A stretch of 64,000 nt of DNA, taken from Candidatus Methylomirabilota bacterium. Its GTDB lineage: Bacteria; Methylomirabilota; Methylomirabilia; Methylomirabilales; CSP1-5. Of the stretch, positions 1-8,874 are shown in pieces. The stretch is taken from positions 1,561 to 65,560 of the forward strand of contig VRUN01000001.1 in NCBI GenBank assembly GCA_019456075.1. The letters are read 5' to 3'. The translations under genes and the position numbers were made by a program. Within the stretch, counting starts at the first letter, position 1. Each line of letters opens with the position of its first letter. The notes beneath the pieces are model-generated. The model saw only the letters and a list, made by a program, of their open reading frames with translations, searched no databases and was not told the origin of the DNA.

Positions 1-312
1 GAGACCGATCCGAGCGGGGCTTGCCTTCCGCCACCCGCAGGGGTGCCGGCACCGACCGACACCGCAGCCACCAACCAGAACGTGATCCGGGACTGGCGGG
101 ACCTCTCGATCGAGTATCCCGGGATTACGATTACCGCGATCCAGGACAATGGCGGGACCCCTCTCGGCGAGCTGATGTTCAACTCACAAGGGGCGTCGGT
201 AAATACCTGTTTTGTGGGCGTCAGCTTTCCGGTAACGGTCACCGTCGGTGATGGATCAGGTGCGCTGCGGACCATTCAGATTCGCAGCGCAGGGAGCGCG
301 AGGATTCAATGA
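1..312 (+). CDS. GspH/FimT-like minor pseudopilin, C-terminal part (5' end outside window)
   Basis: Frame 1 is open from base 1 to TGA 310-312. The stop overlaps the next pilin start (ATGA 309-312). Beta-rich tail ...VTVTVGDGSGALRTIQIRSAGSARIQ. Sits upstream of PilV/W/X-like genes. Confidence 0.4.
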   Translation, partial: ETDPSGACLPPPAGVPAPTDTAATNQNVIRDWRDLSIEYPGITITAIQDNGGTPLGELMFNSQGASVNTCFVGVSFPVTVTVGDGSGALRTIQIRSAGSARIQ

Positions 313-674
313 GAGATGCGAAAGGTTTCTCACTCATCGAGGTCCTGCTCGCGACCGCCATCATCGCCGTTGCCTTCCTGGCCATCGCCAGCATGTTCCC
401 CACCGCGTACCAGAACGTGGACTGGGGCGGCGAGCAGACAACAGCCGCCGCGTTAGCAGAACAGCGGCTCGAGTGGCTCATGAACCAATCCTATACATCA
501 GCCCCCCTGACCGCCGGGACAACGACCGAGAACTTAAACGGCAATTATCTCGGGTATACCCGGACGACGACGATCCAGGATGATACGCCCATGATCGGGG
601 TGAAAGATGTGAGGGTGACGGTGGTGATGCCTACTGGAAGGAACGTGCAGCTCGTCACGGTGATCGCACAATGA
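309..674 (+). CDS. Type IV pilin-like minor pilin (PilV/GspI-like)
   Basis: N-terminal prepilin cleavage/methylation motif KGFSLIEVLLATAIIAVAF; 121 aa; ATGA overlaps at both ends. Confidence 0.75.
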   Translation: MRDAKGFSLIEVLLATAIIAVAFLAIASMFPTAYQNVDWGGEQTTAAALAEQRLEWLMNQSYTSAPLTAGTTTENLNGNYLGYTRTTTIQDDTPMIGVKDVRVTVVMPTGRNVQLVTVIAQ

Positions 675-1264
675 AGATGACAAAACCCATATGGAATCAA
701 AGCGGCTTTACCTTACTGGAGATGCTGATCTCCAGCGCCGTCTTCGCCATCGTCCTTCTTGCCATCTACACCATGCTCACGGCGAGCCAGGTTACCTACG
801 CCCGCGGAGAGAACAAGGTCGAATTGCAGCAGAACGCCCGGGTCGCCATGCGGAGGATGGCCAGAGAGGTCCGGATGGCGGGGTACGACCCACCGAGCGC
901 CATTCCCGCCCAGGCGTCCCAGACGGCCATCCAAGTCGCCAATGCGAACACCATCACCTTCATCGCCGATCTCGATGGCGATGACGTCAGTGATCAGGTG
1001 ACCTACCGCCTCCAGGGGAATCAGATCATCCGAGAGAACGCGTCCTGGGTGGGTGGCGCATGGACCCCCAACCCTCCGACCAGCAGTGAGCTGGCCGATA
1101 GTGTGATTGCGTTGTCCTTCACCTACTTTGATAGCACCGACACGGCGACGGCGACCCTGGCGGACATCCGGAGGATCACCCTTGGGATTACCGTGCAGGA
1201 TACAACGGCTGGCTTCCAGGACACCTTTCCCTTGACGATCGACGTGAGATTGAGGAACCCGTAA
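671..1264 (+). CDS. Type IV pilin-like minor pilin (PilW/GspJ-like)
   Basis: Prepilin motif QSGFTLLEMLISSAVFAIVLLAIY; 197 aa; ATGA overlap with the upstream gene. Confidence 0.7.
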   Translation: MKMTKPIWNQSGFTLLEMLISSAVFAIVLLAIYTMLTASQVTYARGENKVELQQNARVAMRRMAREVRMAGYDPPSAIPAQASQTAIQVANANTITFIADLDGDDVSDQVTYRLQGNQIIRENASWVGGAWTPNPPTSSELADSVIALSFTYFDSTDTATATLADIRRITLGITVQDTTAGFQDTFPLTIDVRLRNP

Positions 1265-1282
1265 TAGAGAGGCAGAGCTTTC

Positions 1283-2512
1283 ATGAAGACCCACGCAAGC
1301 GTGAAAGAGGTGCTGAGGCCGATAGCGGAGGAGAGGGGGGTTGCCCTCGTCATTGCGCTCCTCGTGATGGTACTTCTTTCGATCTTGGGGGTCACCTTTC
1401 TGTCGATGTCCGCGACGGAGATCGCCATCGCCTCAAACGAGGTTGCTGCCTCCCGGGCCTTCTTCCTGACCGAGGCAGGGACCGCGTTGGCGAAACGGAC
1501 GCTGAGGAGTAGCGCCAACTGGAACATCCAGCTGGCAGCTGCGCAGCCCTTCCCCTGTCCAGCCCTTGTGCCGGCCAGCCTCGGCACCTGCAGCTACCGG
1601 ATCGAGAACGACACCGCGGATCCGGGTGGGCCGACCACCGATACGAACAATCTCGTCATCATCAAGGCCACGGGGCAGTCACTGACCGCCGCCAGGGAGG
1701 TCCACCTGGCGTTCGCTCGGCTCGATGGCATCCCAGCTCCGCCGGCATCCCTCCTCTCTGTCGGCGTCTCCAGCAACATCTCTTTCAGCGGAAACGCCTT
1801 CAGCATCGATGGGAACAATTGGATCCCGCCTTCAGACGGGGGTGCGCCCGCAACTCAGGACAACAGTGCCTGCACCTCGACTACCGCGCCGAAGTTCGGC
1901 ATTGGGGTCCCCAACACGACCCATCAGCTTGAAGTGAAGAACAATCTCTCGGACCCCCAGCAGGACAATGTGATCGGAGCATCCCCCAACCCCCCATGGT
2001 CGCCGGCGAGCGCGATCCCAAGCATCGGGGTGGACACCACCTTAACCCAGGACCAACTCGTCGCCCTGGCCGATTACTTGATCCCGCTGGCGGATGTCAC
2101 GTACAGCCCTGGCACCTCGATCAGCTCCGGGACCCTGGGGACCCAGGCATATCCCAAGATTGTGGTCGTGGATGCGACGGGGTACAGCGGCAGTGACCCG
2201 GCCCTGACCTTGAGCGCCACCACGGGGGCGGGAATTCTGATCGTGAAGAACGGAACCCTCAGGTTCACAGGGACTTCCCAATGGGTTGGGGTCGTCATCG
2301 TCGTCGGGAGCAACGTGGCAATCGACGTGAGAGGGGGCGGAGACAAATCCCTCTACGGTGCCACATTGCTCGCCGAGGATGCGAATGTCAGCGCCACTGT
2401 GGCCGCGGGAGGGGGGAACCTGGAAATCCGCTATAGCTGCGATGGGATTGACGTGGCCAACAGCGTCCCCAGCCTCAATGGCACGACCGTCTGGTGGAAG
2501 GAAGTCTTCTGA
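1283..2512 (+). CDS. PilX/GspK-like pilus assembly protein
   Basis: N-terminal ERGVALVIALLVMVLLSILGVTFLSMS...ASRAFFLTEAG resembles the PilX N-terminal domain. Follows the PilV/W-like genes. Confidence 0.55.
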   Translation: MKTHASVKEVLRPIAEERGVALVIALLVMVLLSILGVTFLSMSATEIAIASNEVAASRAFFLTEAGTALAKRTLRSSANWNIQLAAAQPFPCPALVPASLGTCSYRIENDTADPGGPTTDTNNLVIIKATGQSLTAAREVHLAFARLDGIPAPPASLLSVGVSSNISFSGNAFSIDGNNWIPPSDGGAPATQDNSACTSTTAPKFGIGVPNTTHQLEVKNNLSDPQQDNVIGASPNPPWSPASAIPSIGVDTTLTQDQLVALADYLIPLADVTYSPGTSISSGTLGTQAYPKIVVVDATGYSGSDPALTLSATTGAGILIVKNGTLRFTGTSQWVGVVIVVGSNVAIDVRGGGDKSLYGATLLAEDANVSATVAAGGGNLEIRYSCDGIDVANSVPSLNGTTVWWKEVF

Positions 2513-2557
2513 GAAAACCTGGGCGAAGACCGCGACCCTGGACCGGCCATCCCTCCC

Positions 2558-3994
2558 TTACCGAATCTCGCCGACCCGGTGGAGCTTGAGGGCGTTGACG
2601 GTCCCAGGCTTCCACATCGGCGCCCCGGAGATAATGACCAGGGTATCCCCGAGTACGACCCAGCCTTCAGCGAGGAGGAGCCCTTCCATCTCATGAACCA
2701 TCTCTTCGAGCGTCTCCCGCCGCTGAATGAGGAGGGGAACGATTCCCCAATAGAGTGTCATCCGCCGCCGCGCCTCTTCCCACGAGGTCAACGCGAGGAC
2801 CGGGACCTCGGGGCGATCCTGAGACACGAGCCGAGCGGTGTGGCCGGACTCGGTCAAGACGACGATGGCCTTGGCATGGAGGCTCCGCGCAGCCCGACAG
2901 GCGGCATCACTGACGACCACGGGAAAACTCCTCTCATCGGCCTGCGGTATGGGAGGTACACGCAGGTACGGCTCGGCCTTCAGCATAATCCGCGCCATCA
3001 TCTCGACCGCCTCCACCGGATAGCTTCCCGCGGCGGTCTCCGCCGAAAGCATCACCGCGTCGGTCCCATCGAGGATGGCATTGGCAACATCAGAGGCCTC
3101 CGCCCTGGTCGGCCTCGGATGCTCTACCATGGATTCGAGCATCTGGGTCGCGATAATCACCGGGACTTTGTACTGGCGGGCCTGGCGGAGGATAAATTTC
3201 TGAAGGACAGGGACCTCCTCGATCGACATCTCCAACGCCAGATCTCCTCGGGCCACCATGACCCCGGACGCAACATGCAGGATGTCCTCGAGGTTCCGAA
3301 TCGCCTCTGGTTTCTCCAGTTTGGCGATAATCGGGATCTTAGCCCCCCAGGCGCCCAGAAAGTTTTTGACCTCGACCAGATCGGAGGCGCTGCGGACAAA
3401 GGAGGTGGCCACGAAGTCGACTCGCTGGGCGATCCCAAACTCCAGATCCTCCAGATCTTTCTTGGTCAGCGCGGACCTGTGCAGTCGCCCACTGGGGAGA
3501 CCAATCCCCTTATGGCTTCGGAGGATCCCCCCCGTCACCACCTCACAACGCACCTCCACACCATCGGTTGCCAAGACCTTTAGCTGAATCAGGCCGTCAT
3601 CGGCCAGGATCGTATCCCCAACCCGGACCTCCCGGAAGAAGTCGGGGAACGGGGCATGGGCCAGATCAGCGGTGCCCAAGCAGGGCTGGCTCGTAACGAC
3701 AAACTCGCCCCCCGTTCGCAGGAGCGCCGCCCCCCCTTCAAAATCCCCCAGGCGAATCTTGGGGCCAGGGAGATCCTGAATGATGGCCACCGGCTTGTCG
3801 AGCTTCGCCTCGAGGTCTCGAATTCGCTGGATCACCCGGGCGTGCTCCTCGTGGGTGCCATGGGCAAAGTTCAGGCGGGCGACATCCATTCCGGCGAGGA
3901 TCAAACGCTCCAGGATCTCTTCTGACTCGCTGGCTGGCCCGATCGTGCAAATGATCTTTGTCCGCCGCATCTCCTGGTTTTTTCCTGTAGCCAT
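2558..3994 (-). CDS. pyk: Pyruvate kinase
   Basis: RRTKIICTIGPASESEEILERLILAGMDVARLNFAHGTHEEH and full-length 478-aa PK architecture including the C-terminal regulatory domain. Confidence 0.95.
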   Translation of the reverse strand: MATGKNQEMRRTKIICTIGPASESEEILERLILAGMDVARLNFAHGTHEEHARVIQRIRDLEAKLDKPVAIIQDLPGPKIRLGDFEGGAALLRTGGEFVVTSQPCLGTADLAHAPFPDFFREVRVGDTILADDGLIQLKVLATDGVEVRCEVVTGGILRSHKGIGLPSGRLHRSALTKKDLEDLEFGIAQRVDFVATSFVRSASDLVEVKNFLGAWGAKIPIIAKLEKPEAIRNLEDILHVASGVMVARGDLALEMSIEEVPVLQKFILRQARQYKVPVIIATQMLESMVEHPRPTRAEASDVANAILDGTDAVMLSAETAAGSYPVEAVEMMARIMLKAEPYLRVPPIPQADERSFPVVVSDAACRAARSLHAKAIVVLTESGHTARLVSQDRPEVPVLALTSWEEARRRMTLYWGIVPLLIQRRETLEEMVHEMEGLLLAEGWVVLGDTLVIISGAPMWKPGTVNALKLHRVGEIR

Positions 3995-4075
3995 TATTCC
4001 CCCACCACGTCACCGGGCTGTTTAGGATGTATCACAGTCCAGCCGTGGTCACAAACGGAATGGCGACCGGGACTC

Positions 4076-4342
4076 TCACCTTCGCTTCCGCCAGATGGAG
4101 ACCATGGAGGGGAGGACATCCCCGGTCTCGTTATAGGCGGATGCGATCTCGACCTGATATCCTTCCTGCCGAAGCCGCGCCGTAAGCGCCTCCGCATCCT
4201 TGGCCCGGACCCCCTTCGGCGCGGCCGCGGGACGGAACGCATTCGTAACAAACTCATATCCCTTCGCCACCAGGTGCTGGATGGTGATATCCCGGTCCGC
4301 CATCAGCCTCACGTACTCGCCTCGTCCGTAATCCATCGGCAT
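4076..4342 (-). CDS. Small hypothetical protein (88 aa)
   Basis: ATG at 4342 lies 7 nt after the stop of the upstream methyltransferase gene. The longer ORF-track start (4483) would overlap that gene. No family recognised. Confidence 0.4.
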   Translation of the reverse strand: MPMDYGRGEYVRLMADRDITIQHLVAKGYEFVTNAFRPAAAPKGVRAKDAEALTARLRQEGYQVEIASAYNETGDVLPSMVSIWRKRR

Positions 4343-4349
4343 GATCCCT

Positions 4350-4865
4350 TCATCCAGAGTGCAAGGATCGGGGCCGGCGCGGCAACCACCGAGGAACGCG
4401 TTCTTTGTACACGAGGTAGGCGTCGCGAAAGCGCGCTTCCAGTCCCTTTTCTTCAATGGCGATGACGTACCAGCATACGCCACCTATCACGATACCCAGA
4501 TACAAGAGCAGTGCCAACGACTCGGCTAGTATGGCCTCACCGAACAGGACCCCAAAGACGCCAAGCATCATCGGATTCCGGACATACTGATACGGGCCGG
4601 CGAGGACAAACCGCTGGGGCGGATCCCAAGGCGCCGGCGTCCCCTGGCCTCGTGTAACCAAGAGGACAGCCGGCCAGATCCCGAGCATGGCGCCGACGCA
4701 GATCGGAACCAGGCCAAGCCATCGAAAGGGACCAAGGGAGAGTGTGACCGGGCACCAGTGCCATTTCGTGATGAGGAGAGGAACAAGGACTACGACCGTA
4801 AGCGGGAGGAACGACCCAAACAGCAGCGTCCACCGTCGGGAGGGTATCTGCCCGTCGGCATTCAC
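4350..4865 (-). CDS. Isoprenylcysteine carboxyl methyltransferase (ICMT/PEMT) family membrane protein
   Basis: C-terminal LAGPYQYVRNPMMLGVFGVLFGEA...IEEKGLEARFRDAYLVYKERVPRWLP and multiple TM segments. Start set at GTG 4865 because the ORF-track start 4952 overlaps the upstream gene; start uncertain. Confidence 0.65.
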   Translation of the reverse strand: MNADGQIPSRRWTLLFGSFLPLTVVVLVPLLITKWHWCPVTLSLGPFRWLGLVPICVGAMLGIWPAVLLVTRGQGTPAPWDPPQRFVLAGPYQYVRNPMMLGVFGVLFGEAILAESLALLLYLGIVIGGVCWYVIAIEEKGLEARFRDAYLVYKERVPRWLPRRPRSLHSG

Positions 4866-4932
4866 GCGTCCCGGCTCTCCTCGCTCCGCTCTCGGTCGAG
4901 CGACGCGTCGAGGAGGTCCGTATGGATGGGAT

Positions 4933-5163
4933 TCACCTCTGGACCACGACATTGGTCGTGGTCTTCACGACGGCAGGTAAGGCCTGAATCTTGTCCACCA
5001 AGTCCCACAGGGCCCCGAGCTCGTCCACCTCGACCATGGCGATGACATCGAACCGTCCCGTGACAACATCGGCCTGCTTGACGCCAGGTAACGCGGCAAT
5101 CTCTTCCTCCACCTTGAGGTCCCGCGCCTTGTGCGCCTCGATGAAAATATACGCTCGGACCAT
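4933..5163 (-). CDS. Stand-alone Lrp/AsnC-type ligand-binding (RAM) domain protein
   Basis: 76 aa. MVRAYIFIEA...ALPGVKQADVVTGRFDVIAMVEVDELGALWDLV matches the AsnC_trans_reg pattern and has no HTH. Confidence 0.6.
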   Translation of the reverse strand: MVRAYIFIEAHKARDLKVEEEIAALPGVKQADVVTGRFDVIAMVEVDELGALWDLVDKIQALPAVVKTTTNVVVQR

Positions 5164-5330
5164 CCTGCTTCCTCACCTTCCAGGCTTGGCCGGCTTGATC
5201 TTGCGGAGCTTAGGAACCTCCTTCAAAATCTTCCTTTTGTCCTTCATCCGAAGACTCGCAGGCTTGAGTCTACTCGGTCTCCGTGATTTCACCCTATCAC
5301 CCGAGACTCAGGCGGTCAACGTCGGCCCCC

Positions 5331-6368
5331 CTAAGGGACCCAGTCGGCAATAAAAATGTTGAACTCCCGGGGCCCTGTGGCGCGTCGATCCGAGCTAAAG
5401 ACAACCTTCTCTCCATCGGGGGAAAAGAAGGGAAAGCTATTGAAGCCACCGAAGGTAATCCGCTCAAGGCCGGTGCCGTCCCGATTGACCAGATAGAGGT
5501 CAAAATTCCGGGTCCCGGGGTCATGAAGGTTCGACGAGAAGATAATCTGCCGCCCATTGGGATGAAAGGCAGGGGCCCAGTTGGCCGCGCCGTTATGGGT
5601 CAGCTGCTGTTTTTTTCTCCCGTCGGCCTCCATGACAAAGATCTCTGCCCGGCGAGGCCGCAGGAGGTCCCTGGACAAGAGCCGCTCGTATGCGGCGATC
5701 TCTTCCGACGCCTTGGGATGATAGGCCCGGTAGACAATTGTGGTGCCGTCCCAGGAGAAAAACGGTCCTCCGTCAAAGCCCTTCTCAAAGGTGAGCCGCT
5801 TCACGTTTCGCCCCGCGGTGTCCATGGTGTAGATATCCAGGTCCCCTGCTCTGAGCGATGTGAAAACGATTGTCTTGCCGTCGGGGGATAGGGCCCCTTC
5901 GGCGTCGTATCGGGGGTTGTCGGTGAGGCGCCTGAGGCCACTTCCATCGGCATTGCCGATATGGATATCGTAATCATAGAGGGCCCAGACGTACCCGTGA
6001 GAACGGTCCGGCTTGGGCGGGCAGGCCGGGCCACGCGCATGGGTCGAGGCATAGATAATCTGCTGGTTCCCCGGGAGGAAGAAGGAGCAGGTCGTCCGTC
6101 CGCGGCCGGTGCTGACCAGGCGGACGTGGGTTCCGTCCACATTCATGAGAAAGATCTGGTCGCACGCATAACCATCGCGGGTCGATTGAAAGATCAATGC
6201 CTTGCCGTCCCAGGAAAAATAGGCTTCCGCGTTCGACCCTCCCAACGTGAGCGGCCGAAGATTTCTGAGATGCCGTCCCTCTCGCCGATCCAGGAGCGTA
6301 TCTTCTCCTCGGGCGATACCCGCCCCCAGGGCGAACAGCAAAGGGACCACAAGGAGACTCCTCTTCAC
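5331..6368 (-). CDS. TolB-like periplasmic beta-propeller (PD40 repeat) protein
   Basis: Signal peptide MKRSLLVVPLLFALGAGIARG. Repeated PD40-like units (YFSWDGKALIFQSTRDG, LSPDGKTIVFTS, FSWDGTTIVY, FHPNGRQIIFSS, FSPDGEKVVFSS). Confidence 0.75.
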   Translation of the reverse strand: MKRSLLVVPLLFALGAGIARGEDTLLDRREGRHLRNLRPLTLGGSNAEAYFSWDGKALIFQSTRDGYACDQIFLMNVDGTHVRLVSTGRGRTTCSFFLPGNQQIIYASTHARGPACPPKPDRSHGYVWALYDYDIHIGNADGSGLRRLTDNPRYDAEGALSPDGKTIVFTSLRAGDLDIYTMDTAGRNVKRLTFEKGFDGGPFFSWDGTTIVYRAYHPKASEEIAAYERLLSRDLLRPRRAEIFVMEADGRKKQQLTHNGAANWAPAFHPNGRQIIFSSNLHDPGTRNFDLYLVNRDGTGLERITFGGFNSFPFFSPDGEKVVFSSDRRATGPREFNIFIADWVP

Positions 6369-6823
6369 GATTCACTCCCCGGACCGAAATCGAGATTATC
6401 CGGCGGCCGCGCCGGAAGGCGGTAGCGGATGAAAGCGTATCCGAGGCGGCGGTGCACCTCGTCGCTCTCCGCAATCCCTCTTTCAACCGCGCCCATGAAC
6501 GTTTCGACGTTCTTCTCTCGAATCGCCTTCTCGATCGGCCCAAGATATTCCCGGTCGAAGGCCTCGAGCTCGGTGCGGTATTTGGGACGCGTCGTCGCGG
6601 CAACCAGAAAGATTCCTCGCAGTTGTCTCAGTGCATAGTGTCCCAGCTCCCAGTTTCCCCCCTTACAGGCATGGATCATCATGGAGTACCGATGGCCCAC
6701 CTCCGCCATGAGACGCGCCATCCCCGGCTGGATGCTGGCCAGCTGATCGAGGGTCAGTTCTCCATGCTTTGTCCGCCCGACAAGCTTTTCTTCTTGCAAT
6801 TTTCCTCCCGAGGTCTCATTCAC
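6365..6823 (-). CDS. Hypothetical protein (152 aa)
   Basis: Coherent ORF with 4-nt overlaps to both neighbours. No family recognised. Confidence 0.5.
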   Translation of the reverse strand: MNETSGGKLQEEKLVGRTKHGELTLDQLASIQPGMARLMAEVGHRYSMMIHACKGGNWELGHYALRQLRGIFLVAATTRPKYRTELEAFDREYLGPIEKAIREKNVETFMGAVERGIAESDEVHRRLGYAFIRYRLPARPPDNLDFGPGSES

Positions 6824-7332
6824 CTCGCAGGGGTCGCTGACAGGAGGGCCAGCCAGCTTACCCCGAGTGTGGCGGTTGTGACCACACTTGCCGCGATCAG
6901 AACCCCGATCGTGATGAGGAAGAAACTCCGCCCCGGGGAAATGCCGAAGAGGAACGCGGCCACGGAACCGGTCCAGGCCCCAGTAATGGGAAGGGGCACA
7001 GCAACGAACAAAACCAAGCCGAGTTCTTTATAGACCCGGAAATAGTGTTCCCCCTTCCGACGGGTGCGTGCGAAAAGCCAGAGGAAGAACCCTTCCCAGA
7101 TCCGCGACCGCTCCCGGAGGAAGTTCGACACCGGCTCCAGGAGCTTGAGGATGATGGGAATGGGTGCCAGATTGCCGAGGATCGCCCACAGCAGAGCAGA
7201 CCAGAGGGGGAGTTTATAGATCCCGAGGGCGACCGGGATCGCACCCCTGAGTTCCGAGATGGGAAGGCTAGCGATGACAAACGTGGCAAGCTCTGGCGGA
7301 AGCCCCCGCACCCAGTGCACCAGGTCCATCAT
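6820..7332 (-). CDS. Small multidrug-export-like membrane protein (COG2426-type)
   Basis: LPISELRGAIPVALGIYKLPLWSALLWAILGNLAPIPIILKLLEPV and about 4 TM segments. Confidence 0.6.
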   Translation of the reverse strand: MMDLVHWVRGLPPELATFVIASLPISELRGAIPVALGIYKLPLWSALLWAILGNLAPIPIILKLLEPVSNFLRERSRIWEGFFLWLFARTRRKGEHYFRVYKELGLVLFVAVPLPITGAWTGSVAAFLFGISPGRSFFLITIGVLIAASVVTTATLGVSWLALLSATPAR

Positions 7333-7670
7333 CCGGCTCCCAAACGGCAGGCCTCACACGGGCAGAGCTCACGGAGGAAATCGAAGGAGTAAATGCCGGT
7401 GCTGTGCCCGTCACTCCACCTGAAACCCAAGGCATACCGGCCGACAGGCGAGATCGCAACGATCCGGATCTCCCCCCGGCGCACCACCGGACCGGTGAGA
7501 ACCTGGAGGCCCCCCCGGGGCTCTTCAGCTGTCCGACAATCGGCGCAGGGGCACACCTTGCGCAAATCGTCGAAGGAATAGCGGCTCTCGTGGCCATCCC
7601 GCCATCGGACCACCAGGAGGTGCTGGGCCTCGTCTAGACGATAGTCCGCAGGGTCCGCCTTGAACCGCAC
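7329..7670 (-). CDS. DUF971 (gamma-butyrobetaine hydroxylase N-terminal-like) protein
   Basis: Two repeats ending in CPCADCR / CPCEACR with the WRDGHESRYSFDDLR / WSDGHSTGIYSFDFLR pattern. Confidence 0.7.
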   Translation of the reverse strand: MRFKADPADYRLDEAQHLLVVRWRDGHESRYSFDDLRKVCPCADCRTAEEPRGGLQVLTGPVVRRGEIRIVAISPVGRYALGFRWSDGHSTGIYSFDFLRELCPCEACRLGAG

Positions 7671-7800
7671 CCTACTCCTCCCGAAACCGTTTCAGGAAAT
7701 CCTCCCACGACACCGGCGGCCATTAGGCCACTTGCAGATTCTCCCCAGTATGTGAACGTAGCACCAAATCGCGTGGAGGACAAGATTCTGATTCATAGCG

Positions 7801-7830
7801 TTGACAATGAGCTGCACGCTATGATATTAT
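7801..7830 (+). promoter_or_regulatory. Sigma70-like promoter candidate for the ferredoxin gene
   Basis: TTGACA (7801-7806), 18-nt spacer, TATTAT (7825-7830), in a divergent intergenic region. Confidence 0.35.
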
Positions 7831-7869
7831 TACACTTACAGGCCGCCCTATAACCGAAGAGAGGACACC

Positions 7870-8235
7870 TTGTACGAGGAAATCCCCCACCACAACAAGA
7901 AGACCATCAAGAAAAAGCGGCCGCGCCTCATGGCCGTCGTCAACGACTCCTGCACCGGATGTGAGGCCTGCATCCCGTTCTGCCCCGTGGACTGCATCGA
8001 TCATGAACCACCTGCGCAGTCCACCGGGGCGATCATCCCCCCTGTCCGGATCCGGTGGCACGAGTGCATCGGCTGCCAGATCTGCGCCCGCGTCTGTGAC
8101 GGCATGGCGTGGAACGCGATCGATATGATCTCCATCGATCAATTTGAGACCGATTTCGGGATCCAGGTAGGGAACCAGCTCCATCCTCCCGAGGAAACCC
8201 TCCAGGAAGCGGTGGCTGCCGACACTTCCGGTTAG
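7870..8235 (+). CDS. 2x[4Fe-4S] ferredoxin-like protein
   Basis: CTGCEACIPFCP and CIGCQICARVCD cluster motifs. TTG start preceded by GAGAGGA; alternative ATG at 7930. Confidence 0.8.
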   Translation: MYEEIPHHNKKTIKKKRPRLMAVVNDSCTGCEACIPFCPVDCIDHEPPAQSTGAIIPPVRIRWHECIGCQICARVCDGMAWNAIDMISIDQFETDFGIQVGNQLHPPEETLQEAVAADTSG

Positions 8236-8366
8236 ACCTCTCTGGCACCCGTCACCTCGAACTGCGTAAACCCGGCCGACACAAGCATCTCCGCCATGAC
8301 CGCCCTCGCCTGCTCCGCCGAGGCAGCGTCAATCTCGAAAAAGTCGACCGTCACCGTATAGATCAT
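8232..8366 (-). CDS. Tiny hypothetical protein (44 aa)
   Basis: ATG 8366 preceded by GGAGGGGG. No family recognised. Weak call. Confidence 0.25.
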   Translation of the reverse strand: MIYTVTVDFFEIDAASAEQARAVMAEMLVSAGFTQFEVTGAREV

Positions 8367-8377
8367 CACGCCCCCTC

Positions 8378-8791
8378 CTACCTCAGGCTGTAACGAATAG
8401 CCCGGTTTAGCCACAACTCTTCTTGCTGCGAAAGCTCAAAAAATGTCAGCTTCGTAAGCAGACCCTCGAGGGAATAGCGTCGGGCCAGGGGGCCAAAAGC
8501 CCCGTAAAAGAAGCGAAAGCTAGTGGTTTCTACCCCCAGAAAATTCAATTGGATCGTTTCATATCGATCCCAGATTGTCTCGAGATACGAGCGAAGCTGG
8601 TCCCCTTCCTCGCTCCCCCCACAGTAGGGGCCTACGACCTGCCGCACGAAAATCAGCACCCGATCGAGCATGTCTCCTTGGATGACCACGCGCGGGCACG
8701 AGCGCCGTCGCCGAAAGGAGTTCTCATGTGGGGATTCGCACCGGGCACCCAGGACTTCGGACATTGGACCTGGGACGGCGGACTCGTCCAC
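8378..8791 (-). CDS. Hypothetical protein, possibly STAS-like (DUF4325-like)
   Basis: Core ...LRSYLETIWDRYETIQLNFLGVETTSFRFFYGAFGPLARRY resembles STAS-like DUF4325 proteins. Lower local GC (the 60-nt line at 8401 has 28 G+C). Confidence 0.4.
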   Translation of the reverse strand: MDESAVPGPMSEVLGARCESPHENSFRRRRSCPRVVIQGDMLDRVLIFVRQVVGPYCGGSEEGDQLRSYLETIWDRYETIQLNFLGVETTSFRFFYGAFGPLARRYSLEGLLTKLTFFELSQQEELWLNRAIRYSLR

Positions 8792-8874
8792 CTGGCAAAG
8801 AGCTTGACGACGGGCAGCCAGAGCGGTAGCGTAGGCCCGGATACCCTTGTCAGAATTGTCGTCGAGGAATCCCT

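Noticed and set aside
5173-5247. 24-codon highly basic ORF (MKDKRKILKEVPKLRKIKPAKPGR) just upstream of the Lrp/AsnC-domain gene.
   Set aside because: Too short to support. No clear RBS and no recognisable family. It may be leader sequence.
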